Below are positions 18,318 through 26,969 of a stretch of 64,000 bases of DNA, piece after piece (position 1 is the stretch's first letter; each line of letters opens with the position of its first letter). The DNA is taken from IMG/VR virus record IMGVR_UViG_3300042938_002732, positions 1-64,000 of that record. One strand, written 5' to 3'. The stretch comes from a virus. The position numbers and the translations under genes are program-made. The notes beneath the pieces are model-generated. The model was not told the DNA's origin and made no database searches. It saw only the letters and a program-made list of their open reading frames with translations.

Positions 18318-19441
18318 ACCTTCTCTTGAGACTTCATGAATTGGCGGCGAGGAGCCAGCGCGAGGTAGATCGGCGAGATGCTCTGAATACGGCCAGCGGG
18401 GTCGCGGGTGCCGGATTAGTCGGGGCGGGCGGCGTGGCTGCCTATCGTGCGATCAATCCCAGTGTGGCGATCACCTACGGCAACACGAATGCCTATCGCG
18501 GACATCTCAGCCATGCCGAGGATGTGAAAAAAATCTTGGACGGCGAAGGCATCAAATCCACGATGCGCAATGCCGACGCGCGCGGGTTCTGGGGAGCACA
18601 GAAGGGGGCTGTCGAAGTGAATACGGGGTATGGGCCTAACGTGATTGGCGGCGGCCGCGTCAAATTCAAGCAGGACTATACGGCGGTGACAGATTCTGTC
18701 CTGCCCGTGATGGCAACTGCGATGAGCAAGCCAATCAAGGCTCGCAAGAAGACGGTGGGTGTCTACGGCGGTGGTGGCGGGGTGGATGTAGGCAACAAGG
18801 TTCCCCATCTGGCTAAGGTTCATGAGGATTTTGATGCCATCCATCTTTACGCAGGGCCTAAAGATGGAAAGAAAATCGGATACGCTGGCGGGGGCTTCGA
18901 GGAGGCTCGTGCGGCTGTGGCTGAGTTGGCAAAAACGAATCCTGGTGCGGCTGCGAAATTCAAAATCCATGGGGCTATGAGTCGCAAGGCGATTAAAAAT
19001 GCGGTGCGGTCGCATGCGGTAAATGTTGGAAATTCAGGGGCGGGGACGTTGCATGAGGTAGCAGCAAGCCCGCGCCCCAGCGTTATTTGGCAGTCGGGTG
19101 CGCATCCGTCTCCTCATTTTGGGATTAATGAGGGTATGGTGCATCGGCGGGGGATGCGGGTGGCGCGCGGGGCAAGTAGTATTGAGCGGAATGAGGATGC
19201 GGTTGCACACCTTCGGCACATTTTACGCGACCCGGCGCATGCGGTGGAACGGCAAAAAGAAGTCGCCGAGGGCATGATTCGCGATGGGGCTAAGAGTCGT
19301 TCGGGCTTTGTGGATGAAGTGAAGTCGGCTCTCAAGCGGAGTCGTGGGCGCAATACGATCGCGGCAGCTGGGCTGGGTGGTGTCGGCCTCTTGCTCGGGG
19401 CCAATGCCCTTCGCTCCCGAAATTCCCAGAACAAAAAATAA
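18314..19441 (+). CDS. GT28/MurG-like GT-B glycosyltransferase-like cargo protein
   Basis: N-terminal LRLHELAARS; RGH loop, VYGGGGG, NSGAGTLHEVAASPRPSVIW resembling the MurG RxGAxTxxE...PxI motif; hydrophobic helices at both ends. Confidence 0.6.
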   Translation: MNLLLRLHELAARSQREVDRRDALNTASGVAGAGLVGAGGVAAYRAINPSVAITYGNTNAYRGHLSHAEDVKKILDGEGIKSTMRNADARGFWGAQKGAVEVNTGYGPNVIGGGRVKFKQDYTAVTDSVLPVMATAMSKPIKARKKTVGVYGGGGGVDVGNKVPHLAKVHEDFDAIHLYAGPKDGKKIGYAGGGFEEARAAVAELAKTNPGAAAKFKIHGAMSRKAIKNAVRSHAVNVGNSGAGTLHEVAASPRPSVIWQSGAHPSPHFGINEGMVHRRGMRVARGASSIERNEDAVAHLRHILRDPAHAVERQKEVAEGMIRDGAKSRSGFVDEVKSALKRSRGRNTIAAAGLGGVGLLLGANALRSRNSQNKK

Positions 19442-19444
19442 TCT

Positions 19445-20443
19445 ATGAAAAAAACAACCCAATGGGGAGCGGTGGCGCAGGCGGCGCAGGCGGCGGATCA
19501 CAAATCCAAGCTCGACCAGGCGCTGGCGGATCTCGATGCGGAGCGCAAGGCTCATGCGGAGACGGTGCGGGCGCTGGAGCGGGCGCGCACGGGCACTCGC
19601 CCGATCGTGAAGGCGAAGCCGACTTCGCCGAAGCCAGGGGCGGGCGACATCGTGGAAGTGATTTTTTCGGATGTGCATGGGAACAAGCACGACCCGGCGG
19701 CCTTCTCGGCTTTTCTGGGCGACTTGAAGACGCTTCAGCCGGATCGGATCGTGATCGGCGGCGACTTTATTGATTGCGGGGGCTTCCTGGCGGAGCACCA
19801 CACGCTGGGCTATGTGGCCGAGACGGAGGATAGCTACGAGGACGATGTGCGTGTGGCGAACGACTTGCTCGATGCAGTCATGCACCACTCGGGCTGCGGA
19901 GACATTCATTACGTTGAGGGAAACCATGAATGGCGCGTGGAAAGATGGGCGCTCACGCAGCGGCTCGCGCACCACAAGGATATCGACCTACTTCGCCGCA
20001 CGTTTTGCGCCGAGCATGTGCTCAAGCTCGCGGAGCGCGGGATCAAATACTACCACCAAGGCAAGACGCACGGCGACTGCGATGTGCCAGGGTGGGTCAA
20101 GATGGACAAGATGTATTTCGTCCACAAAATCTCCAACGCCCGCGATGCGGCGGAGGTGGCAATGGCGAAGGCGGGGGGCAATATCTGCTACTTCGACACG
20201 CACCGAGCGAGCTTCAAGCCCAAGAACATTCCTGGGTTGGGACTCATCTCGGCGTGGAATCCCGGCTGCCTCTGCAAGCGGCAGCCGCTCTATGCGAACA
20301 CGCGCCCGACCGAGTGGACGCATGGCTACTTGATCCGCTTCATCTCGCGGAAGACCGGCGCGTTTCAGATGATCAATGTCACAATCAACGACGGTGTGAG
20401 CTACGCGGGGATGTTGCTCAAGGGCAGTCAGAAAATTTCTTAA
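19445..20443 (+). CDS. calcineurin-like metallophosphoesterase
   Basis: SDVH, GGDFID, GNHE, H and DTHR motifs. Confidence 0.85.
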   Translation: MKKTTQWGAVAQAAQAADHKSKLDQALADLDAERKAHAETVRALERARTGTRPIVKAKPTSPKPGAGDIVEVIFSDVHGNKHDPAAFSAFLGDLKTLQPDRIVIGGDFIDCGGFLAEHHTLGYVAETEDSYEDDVRVANDLLDAVMHHSGCGDIHYVEGNHEWRVERWALTQRLAHHKDIDLLRRTFCAEHVLKLAERGIKYYHQGKTHGDCDVPGWVKMDKMYFVHKISNARDAAEVAMAKAGGNICYFDTHRASFKPKNIPGLGLISAWNPGCLCKRQPLYANTRPTEWTHGYLIRFISRKTGAFQMINVTINDGVSYAGMLLKGSQKIS

Positions 20444-20446
20444 AAT

Positions 20447-20959
20447 ATGGCAAACCTCTGGAAACGCATCGTGCGGCAGCAAATGGTCGAGGAGCATGAG
20501 AGTGTTCCTCAATATCAATGGGACACCTACGCCAAAGCGGGGTGGCACAAGCGCGAGCAAGTGGCGGAGGCACTTGAATGCCATGAGGACAAGGTGCAGG
20601 CAGTCCTCAAGAGCGCGATCACCTCGGGCAAGATCGAGCGGCGCGAGATCACGATATGGGACAAGCTCAATAAAGAATTGATCAAGGTGGTGGCCTACCG
20701 CGAAAAGGGCAGGCACGCCGACCCGAAGGAGGAGAAGCCTGCCAAGTCCGCCGAGCCTGCCAGGGGCGGCAGGGGAAGACCTAAAAGCAAGCGGCCCAAG
20801 CCTGCGGCGGGTATGGCTGTGCGGGCTCGCAATTCAGGCAACTTGGGTAGGATCGCCGAAGTGCGCGCGGGGCGCATGAGGGTGGAGTGGGATAGCGGCA
20901 AAATCACCGAGCCTGCCGTGAAGGCGATCGCCAAGGGCGACATTTACCTGGAGTTTTAG
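20447..20959 (+). CDS. hypothetical protein (possible winged-helix plus SH3-like domain)
   Basis: Tight packing; domain guess from pattern only. Confidence 0.6.
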   Translation: MANLWKRIVRQQMVEEHESVPQYQWDTYAKAGWHKREQVAEALECHEDKVQAVLKSAITSGKIERREITIWDKLNKELIKVVAYREKGRHADPKEEKPAKSAEPARGGRGRPKSKRPKPAAGMAVRARNSGNLGRIAEVRAGRMRVEWDSGKITEPAVKAIAKGDIYLEF

Positions 20960-20963
20960 CGAT

Positions 20964-21206
20964 ATGGCCAAGCGCCCGCGCGAGAAATGCGAGACCCGCG
21001 CAGAGGTGGTGGAGCGTGTCGAGCGGATGCTGGCCGAGCATTTTGATGCGGGCGTGGGCATGGTTTCGTGGGCCGAGGAGGGCGAGACGCAATACCTCAC
21101 ACTCAAATTTGGGAATTCGTTTGCCGTGGAGGGTATGAGCGAGCAACTCCCGATGTGTCTGGAGATGCACGGCGAGGATGAGGAAGAGGACGAGGGCGAT
21201 GGTTGA
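20964..21206 (+). CDS. hypothetical protein
   Basis: Tight packing; its stop codon lies within a GTTGAC box. Confidence 0.65.
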   Translation: MAKRPREKCETRAEVVERVERMLAEHFDAGVGMVSWAEEGETQYLTLKFGNSFAVEGMSEQLPMCLEMHGEDEEEDEGDG

Positions 21207-21223
21207 CGCCTGTGCCGTGTGGC

Positions 21224-22546
21224 ATGGCGACGACAGCGAATCTCAAAGAATTTTACACCCCCTATAACTCCGCGCAGAAGGTGGACGCCCTCAATGGCGT
21301 GATTCACGGCGTGGCGGTGATCACCAGCGGGGTGAAGGCGCGCGGGCACGATCTGGAGGTCGATGCGAAGACGCTCAACCAGATCAAGGAGTGCGCTGAA
21401 AAACTCGGCACGGTGCCGGTAAAGTGGAACCACCGCACAGGGGCGGATGCCGTGAACGGATTTCTGGATAATTTCCGCATCGAGGACGCAAAGCTCCTCG
21501 GCGACTGGCATCTTCTCAAGAGCCACGACCGCTTTGCCCAAGCCATCGAAATGGCCGAGCGCATGCCAGGGAACGTGGGCCTCTCAGCGGCATTCATGGG
21601 CGAGGACGAGATGGAGAACGGGCAAAAGAAAGCCCGCTGCTCAGAGCTGATCAGCGTCGATCTGGTGGCAAATCCCGCCGCGAACCCCTCCGGCCTTTTT
21701 GAAGCCAAGCTGCCTGCCGCTCCCACCGAATTCGCGGGGCCGGTTGACACGCCGAGCAAGGAGCGAACCTTTATGGACAACCAAAACAACCAAGCAAGTG
21801 CCGCCGCTGAGCCCTCCATGGGCGATCTTCTGGCTGCTATCCAAAACCTCACTGAGCGCGTCCAAGCGCAAGATGAGACTATCGCGGCTCTTTCGCAAGA
21901 GGGTGCCGAAAACGACAACGAAATTTCCCTGGAAGAGATCATGGATCTGACCCAGGAGGATATCGCCGCCCTCGTCCAAGCTGGCGAGATCAGCGAAGAG
22001 GATGCTGCTGGCATCAATGCCTACCAAGCCGAAGTCATCGCAGCCCTGGATGCGGACGAAGCTGGCGAACAAGGCGAAGACAGTGAACCCGCTGGCGAAC
22101 TCGCCGGTGCTGGCGCAGGAGTCGAAAGCTCCACGGGCGGCTCCGAGGGCACTGCTCTCTCCGCTCTGCAAAATCAAGTCCGTGAACTCTCGGCCCGCTT
22201 CGAGCGCGAAGACGCCGCCGCTGAGAACAACGAGATCTCACATTATTTCTCAACCATCGAAGGCAATATGACCCAACTCGCCGCCGAGCGCGCCGAGCTG
22301 AAGGAATTCGCCGACAACCTCGCCGCCGAAAACGACGCGCTTCGCAATGCACTCAAAACTGGCATCCGCCCGCTGGCCTTTAGCGCCGAGGGAGCAGCCA
22401 TCAGTGGCAAGAACGGGGAACTCCATGAGTTCGAAGCCCGTGTGCAGAACCACAAGGGCCAAGGCAAGACGCACGCCCAGGCCGTGATGCTCGCCCACAA
22501 GGAAAATCCTGACGCGCACCAAGATTGGATCCGCAACCAGGGCTAA
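21224..22546 (+). CDS. prohead protease fused to scaffolding domain
   Basis: KWNH, GLSA, SVDLVANPAANPSGLF (HK97/U35-type protease pattern); acidic coiled-coil C-terminal half; lies before decoration and capsid genes. Confidence 0.85.
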   Translation: MATTANLKEFYTPYNSAQKVDALNGVIHGVAVITSGVKARGHDLEVDAKTLNQIKECAEKLGTVPVKWNHRTGADAVNGFLDNFRIEDAKLLGDWHLLKSHDRFAQAIEMAERMPGNVGLSAAFMGEDEMENGQKKARCSELISVDLVANPAANPSGLFEAKLPAAPTEFAGPVDTPSKERTFMDNQNNQASAAAEPSMGDLLAAIQNLTERVQAQDETIAALSQEGAENDNEISLEEIMDLTQEDIAALVQAGEISEEDAAGINAYQAEVIAALDADEAGEQGEDSEPAGELAGAGAGVESSTGGSEGTALSALQNQVRELSARFEREDAAAENNEISHYFSTIEGNMTQLAAERAELKEFADNLAAENDALRNALKTGIRPLAFSAEGAAISGKNGELHEFEARVQNHKGQGKTHAQAVMLAHKENPDAHQDWIRNQG

Positions 22547-22569
22547 TTCAACCAAAGGAAAAAAATACG

Positions 22570-22929
22570 ATGAACTTCAACACAGTTATTTCGCTCCCCG
22601 CCGCAGTCGATCTGCGCGGCAAAGAGCATGTCTCACTCAAACTCTCCGCCACAGGCGTTGAGATCGCTGGCGCGGCGGATGCCGTGATCGGCACACTCCT
22701 TCGCGGAGCCGAACTCGGTCGGGCAGCGGATGTCTTCCTCACCAAGGGAAATGGCCTGCGCTATGTCCAAGTCGGAAACGCCACGGCGATCCCCATGGGT
22801 AGCCTTCTGGAGCAAGCCGCAAACGGCACCTATGTGCTCAAGACCACTGGAACCACCGCTGGCTACGCCGTAGAGGCCGCGCCTGCAAGCAGCAACGGCG
22901 GCGGCATGATCCGCGCCATCATCCTCTAA
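22570..22929 (+). CDS. head decoration / capsid cement protein
   Basis: 119 aa, Ala/Gly-rich beta protein between scaffold and major capsid; GYAVEAA pattern. Confidence 0.7.
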   Translation: MNFNTVISLPAAVDLRGKEHVSLKLSATGVEIAGAADAVIGTLLRGAELGRAADVFLTKGNGLRYVQVGNATAIPMGSLLEQAANGTYVLKTTGTTAGYAVEAAPASSNGGGMIRAIIL

Positions 22930-22958
22930 GAAAAAAACAAAAATAGAAGACAACGATT

Positions 22959-23915
22959 ATGGCATACAATACTTCAGACTCCGTTCCACGGCAGGACATC
23001 TCCACTCTACTCATGGAAGCCGTCCACCAGGAAAAACACTTCGTCGCCTCCAGCCTCCTGCCCGTTTACGGCAGCGAGCGTGAGGTCGGACGCTATCCGA
23101 AATTCCGCATCGGCAAGGGCGAACTCCTCAAGAAAGAGAGCCAAAAGCGCGGAGCCACCGGCACCTACAACGAATCAGAAGAGCAATTCGAGTGGGACTC
23201 CTACCAGACCGCTGAATACGGGCACGAAAAACGCGTGGACGATGTCGTTCGCAAACAAATGCGCGACTTTTTCGACTCCGATATGGTGACTGCGAAGTTC
23301 TGCATGAATAAACTCATGCTCGACTACGAAGTGGAAGCCGCCACTGCGATCATGGATCCTTCCGTGTTCACGGCATCGGCCGCTGGCACAGCCTACACCG
23401 AAGCGAATCTCGCGACGATGGACTTCCCCGCCGACCTGAATGCAACGATCGAAGCGCTCACGCTCAACGGCGAAGAACCCAACACAATGGTGCTCAGCCT
23501 CTCGGTCTACAATCGCCTGAAGCGCTCCAAGCTGCTCCAGACCTACCTCTACGGCCACCTGAACACAACCCAGGGCGGATCGAACATTACTCCCACCCTC
23601 GTCGCCGAGGCCTTTGGCATCCCGAATATCGTGATCGCCAAGAAGTCCTACGACAGCGGCATCAAGGGCAAGACCAGTGTCGTTCCCGTGTGGGGCAACA
23701 GCTACATCTGGCTTGGCGAAGTGCAAGGGGGCGACTTCATGAACGGCGGCTGCGGCCGCACGATCATCTGGGATGCTGACTCCGAAGGCGGACTCTTCAC
23801 CACCGATCAATACCGCGACGAACCTCGCCGTGGAGACAAGATCCGCGTGCGCAGCAATCGCGTCATCAAGATCGTGAACCCGAACTCTGGCCGACTCATC
23901 GGAACCGGACTCTAA
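22959..23915 (+). CDS. major capsid protein
   Basis: 318 aa; position; EPNTMVLS..VYNRLK, VAEAFGIPNIVI, VWG and GRT patterns as in lambda gpE-like capsids. Confidence 0.85.
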   Translation: MAYNTSDSVPRQDISTLLMEAVHQEKHFVASSLLPVYGSEREVGRYPKFRIGKGELLKKESQKRGATGTYNESEEQFEWDSYQTAEYGHEKRVDDVVRKQMRDFFDSDMVTAKFCMNKLMLDYEVEAATAIMDPSVFTASAAGTAYTEANLATMDFPADLNATIEALTLNGEEPNTMVLSLSVYNRLKRSKLLQTYLYGHLNTTQGGSNITPTLVAEAFGIPNIVIAKKSYDSGIKGKTSVVPVWGNSYIWLGEVQGGDFMNGGCGRTIIWDADSEGGLFTTDQYRDEPRRGDKIRVRSNRVIKIVNPNSGRLIGTGL

Positions 23916-23930
23916 GGAAAAGTATGAAGG

Positions 23931-23976
23931 AGGAAGGATGAAGTAGGAAACTGCTGAATCCTTCCTCTTTTTTTTT
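23931..23976 (+). terminator. probable intrinsic terminator after capsid gene
   Basis: AGGAAGGAT...ATCCTTCCT inverted repeat followed by a T9 tract. Confidence 0.6.
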
Positions 23977-23989
23977 GAAAGGAATTTTT

Positions 23990-24883
23990 ATGATGAACCG
24001 CAGAGACCAGGAGATGTTATCTCCTATTTCAGAATTTAAGAGATCGGCTCGGGAGAGCGAAGCAGCGTTTTTAGATCGCCTCCAGCGTGCTGGCATGCAG
24101 GAAAAAATCCGCATGGATAGTGCCAGGCAGAGGTTGCATGACCAGAGTTATGCATATCCGGCAGCGGGCCTCGGTGCGGGTGCAGGACTCGGCGCGGGCG
24201 CATTGGCGACATTGCCCTTTATTAAGAAGCTCCCTAAGGGGGGGCGTGGCGCAGGAATCCCATTGGCAGTAGGGATGGGGCTATCTGGAAGTCTTATTGG
24301 CGCGCTTGGCGGAATGGAAGTCGGCGGGCGGATTCGTAAGAATAAAGACAAAAATCTCTCCGCAAATCTCAAGCCTGCTCTCCGCGAGTTGGCTGCTCGT
24401 AGTGAGCAGATCACGGAATTCGCCCTGGTGCGGGATGCCAGTGGTCGCTATGTCGAGGTCGAGGAAGGCGGCGGGGGGTTCCCTGTCGGTGGAGCGATCA
24501 AGGCTGGTGTCGGCGCTGCCGCTCTCGGTGGAGCAGGCTACGGAGCCTATCGCGGCCATAAGTCGGTGATGGGCCAGTTTGGAACTTTCGGGCCAATGGA
24601 GGCTGGTAAAAACCGCGTTGTCGAAGCCTACAAAGGTGCTGGCGCTGCGGGTTGGAGCGCCGCTAAGACCGGCGGGCAGGCTGGCCTCGATTCCTTCAGA
24701 GCTGCTGGGCAGGGGGCGATGAATTCGGCTCAAGCCGCCGGAGCTGCTGTCGGGTCTGCTGCTCAGACCGCTGCTGCTGGGGTCGGGAATGCTGCCCAAT
24801 CTGGCATGAACACCGCTAAGAAATCTGGCCTTGGTAGACGCATTCGTGGCGCGCTCGTTGGAGCCGCCCGCTGGATGAAATAA
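23990..24883 (+). CDS. two-module glycine-zipper cargo protein
   Basis: LSANLKPALRELAARSEQITEF at 24356; GxxxG helices. Confidence 0.75.
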   Translation: MMNRRDQEMLSPISEFKRSARESEAAFLDRLQRAGMQEKIRMDSARQRLHDQSYAYPAAGLGAGAGLGAGALATLPFIKKLPKGGRGAGIPLAVGMGLSGSLIGALGGMEVGGRIRKNKDKNLSANLKPALRELAARSEQITEFALVRDASGRYVEVEEGGGGFPVGGAIKAGVGAAALGGAGYGAYRGHKSVMGQFGTFGPMEAGKNRVVEAYKGAGAAGWSAAKTGGQAGLDSFRAAGQGAMNSAQAAGAAVGSAAQTAAAGVGNAAQSGMNTAKKSGLGRRIRGALVGAARWMK

Positions 24884-24891
24884 CTTCAAAC

Positions 24892-24962
24892 TGCAGGATG
24901 GAGAAACGGTATCTCACGAGGCCCATAACCTTGCGTTCCGGGTTCGATTCCCGGTCCTGCTA
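24892..24962 (+). tRNA. tRNA-Met(CAT), initiator-like
   Basis: Cloverleaf: acceptor TGCAGGA/TCCTGCT with 1:72 mismatch, D stem GAGA/TCTC, anticodon stem CGAGG/CCTTG with loop CCCATAA, T arm CCGGG-TTCGATT-CCCGG; no encoded CCA. Confidence 0.85.
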
Positions 24963-24986
24963 ATTTTCCACACCACCACAACCGCT

Positions 24987-25018
24987 GGCAGACCGGCTTA
25001 AAGTCTGCCTCTTTTTTT
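24987..25018 (+). terminator. possible terminator after the tRNA
   Basis: GGCAGAC...GTCTGCC stem followed by T7. Confidence 0.55.
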
Positions 25019-26965
25019 ATGAAAAAACTGCACATTCCTTTGAAGGGTCATCGTTGGCATGGGAGCTCTGATGAGTCTTTGAGATATATTATGAAAGATG
25101 CGGATGAGGCTCGCCAGGCTGTAAGATCGCATGGGACTCTCCAAGGAGCCCAGGCCGCCCTCAAGTATGAGGATCAAATCAATGATGCCTCCACAATTCT
25201 TGGCTGGCGCCGACGGAATCCAAGTTGGCAGAAGCCAGTAAACCTTTCCGCCAACCTCAAGCCCGCCTTGCGCGAGCTGGCGGCCAGTAGTGAACAAATA
25301 AGCCCTACTGAAGCACGCAAGAGAATGCTCAGATACAACCTGCAAAAGTCGATTGATAAAAGCGGCGATGCCATGACGACGCCTGGCCTGTTGCTTGGAG
25401 GTATCACTGGAGCTGGTATCGCAGCTCGCCGAGGAAATGTTCGCGGCGCTCTTGCTGGTGCCGCCATCGGCGCTCCTCTCGGTATGGTGGGATTGCGTAT
25501 GACGGGGCGCTTGGAGGAAAAGCGTCGGTTAGCCGGGATGCTGCAGCCAACGGAAAAGAAGCTCTCTGCTTTTCATGGGAAGCTTCGCGAATTTGCAGGC
25601 GGGTATATGAACACTTCGCAGGGGGTCGTGAAGGAGGAGAGCGTGGGCGGTCACTTGAGGCGTCATGCAGGGGCTTATGTCGGAACGGCGCTGGCCCCTG
25701 TGCTGGGAACTGGAATCGGCGCGCTGATCGATGCCGCGCGCAAAAGGTCGAACTTGATCAAGACTTCCGATGAAAGCGTGGTGTCGGCAAGGACTGCAGC
25801 GGCGCTGGGTGGCCGTGAACGGCTCATGTCCGCCAACCTCAAGCCCGCCTTGCGCGAGCTGGCTTTGGTAAGGGATGCCAATGGGCAGCTTGTCGAAGAT
25901 GGGAATAATGGAGGCAGCGGGTTTAAGACGGCTGCTAAGGTCGGGCTTGGCGCTGCTGGAGTTGCTGGCGGGGCTGTGCTTGGAACGAGATATTATCACG
26001 CAAACAAGGCCGTTCAGGAAGCGGGCGGCTGGAGAAAAAATTGGTCTGATCTTTCAAAAATGAGTCAAGCTGGTGACGCCCAGGGGATGATGGATTGGTC
26101 TAAAAACATAAGCGCCACCGCTCAAAACAGTGCTCGGCAGGGATGGATGGGGAAGCTGGGCAAGGTCGGAAATGTCTTAACAAAATTCTCAGCCAACCTC
26201 AAGCCTGCCTTGCGCGAGCTTGCTGCTCGCAGTGGGCGGATCTTGGAGTTTGGCGATGGCGAGGCCAATGAAGCGGTGATTGCGGCTTTGAAGGCTGTGG
26301 CGAGTGCGGATGAGTCGCCAGCGCAGCGGTCGATGCTGCTCAAGCAGGGGCTCATCGAGATGGTGAAGGGCCAAGTGGTCATCACCGAGCGCGGCTACGA
26401 GATGATGCAGAAGGCAGGCGTGCCGCCGAAACTGACTCCCGAGGAACGCCGCGAGGAAATCGCGGAGTCAAGCGGGGCGAAGCGGGAGTTTGCGCGGGGG
26501 GATTATCTCTTGAAAGCAAGGAAGTGGGCATCAAATGAAGCGCTTATGGGGAGGATGCCTTTGACGCGAGGGAGTTCTCTCAACCCTTTTGCGCCGATGC
26601 CTCCAGCGCCAATTCGTAAGGGGGGCACGCAAAAGAGGGCTGCTGCTTGGCTGCGCAGCGTGAAGAAGGAGCTTTCGAGGATTGAGTTTGCGCGGGGGGA
26701 TTATGCGATTCCGGCGCTGAAGAAGATTTATCGGAATGGAGGTCCCTTGCGAGGGCTGAAAAGCGGGCGTGTCGGCGTAGAGTCATCTCTGCGCGGGGAC
26801 CCGGTTGGCATTCTAAAAGATCGCGCCGATGCCAAATTCGCCTCGCGCATTGACCCGGCAGGTGAACTTCACGGTGCGGGTCATCACATGACAGTAAACC
26901 GCAAGTGGGCCGCAGCAACTATTCGGGATGTTCGTAGCTTGCGTCCTGAATGGCTGCGAGCGTAA
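25019..26965 (+). CDS. multi-module cargo polyprotein
   Basis: SANLKPALRELA at 25244, 25826 and 26186; LSAFHGKLREFA at 25562; EFARGDY at ~26480 and ~26672. Confidence 0.8.
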   Translation: MKKLHIPLKGHRWHGSSDESLRYIMKDADEARQAVRSHGTLQGAQAALKYEDQINDASTILGWRRRNPSWQKPVNLSANLKPALRELAASSEQISPTEARKRMLRYNLQKSIDKSGDAMTTPGLLLGGITGAGIAARRGNVRGALAGAAIGAPLGMVGLRMTGRLEEKRRLAGMLQPTEKKLSAFHGKLREFAGGYMNTSQGVVKEESVGGHLRRHAGAYVGTALAPVLGTGIGALIDAARKRSNLIKTSDESVVSARTAAALGGRERLMSANLKPALRELALVRDANGQLVEDGNNGGSGFKTAAKVGLGAAGVAGGAVLGTRYYHANKAVQEAGGWRKNWSDLSKMSQAGDAQGMMDWSKNISATAQNSARQGWMGKLGKVGNVLTKFSANLKPALRELAARSGRILEFGDGEANEAVIAALKAVASADESPAQRSMLLKQGLIEMVKGQVVITERGYEMMQKAGVPPKLTPEERREEIAESSGAKREFARGDYLLKARKWASNEALMGRMPLTRGSSLNPFAPMPPAPIRKGGTQKRAAAWLRSVKKELSRIEFARGDYAIPALKKIYRNGGPLRGLKSGRVGVESSLRGDPVGILKDRADAKFASRIDPAGELHGAGHHMTVNRKWAAATIRDVRSLRPEWLRA

Positions 26966-26969
26966 TTCA

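Noticed and set aside
4762-26965. Inteins or self-splicing elements explaining the modular ORFs
   Set aside because: No Cys/Ser...His-Asn intein boundaries or homing endonuclease motifs seen
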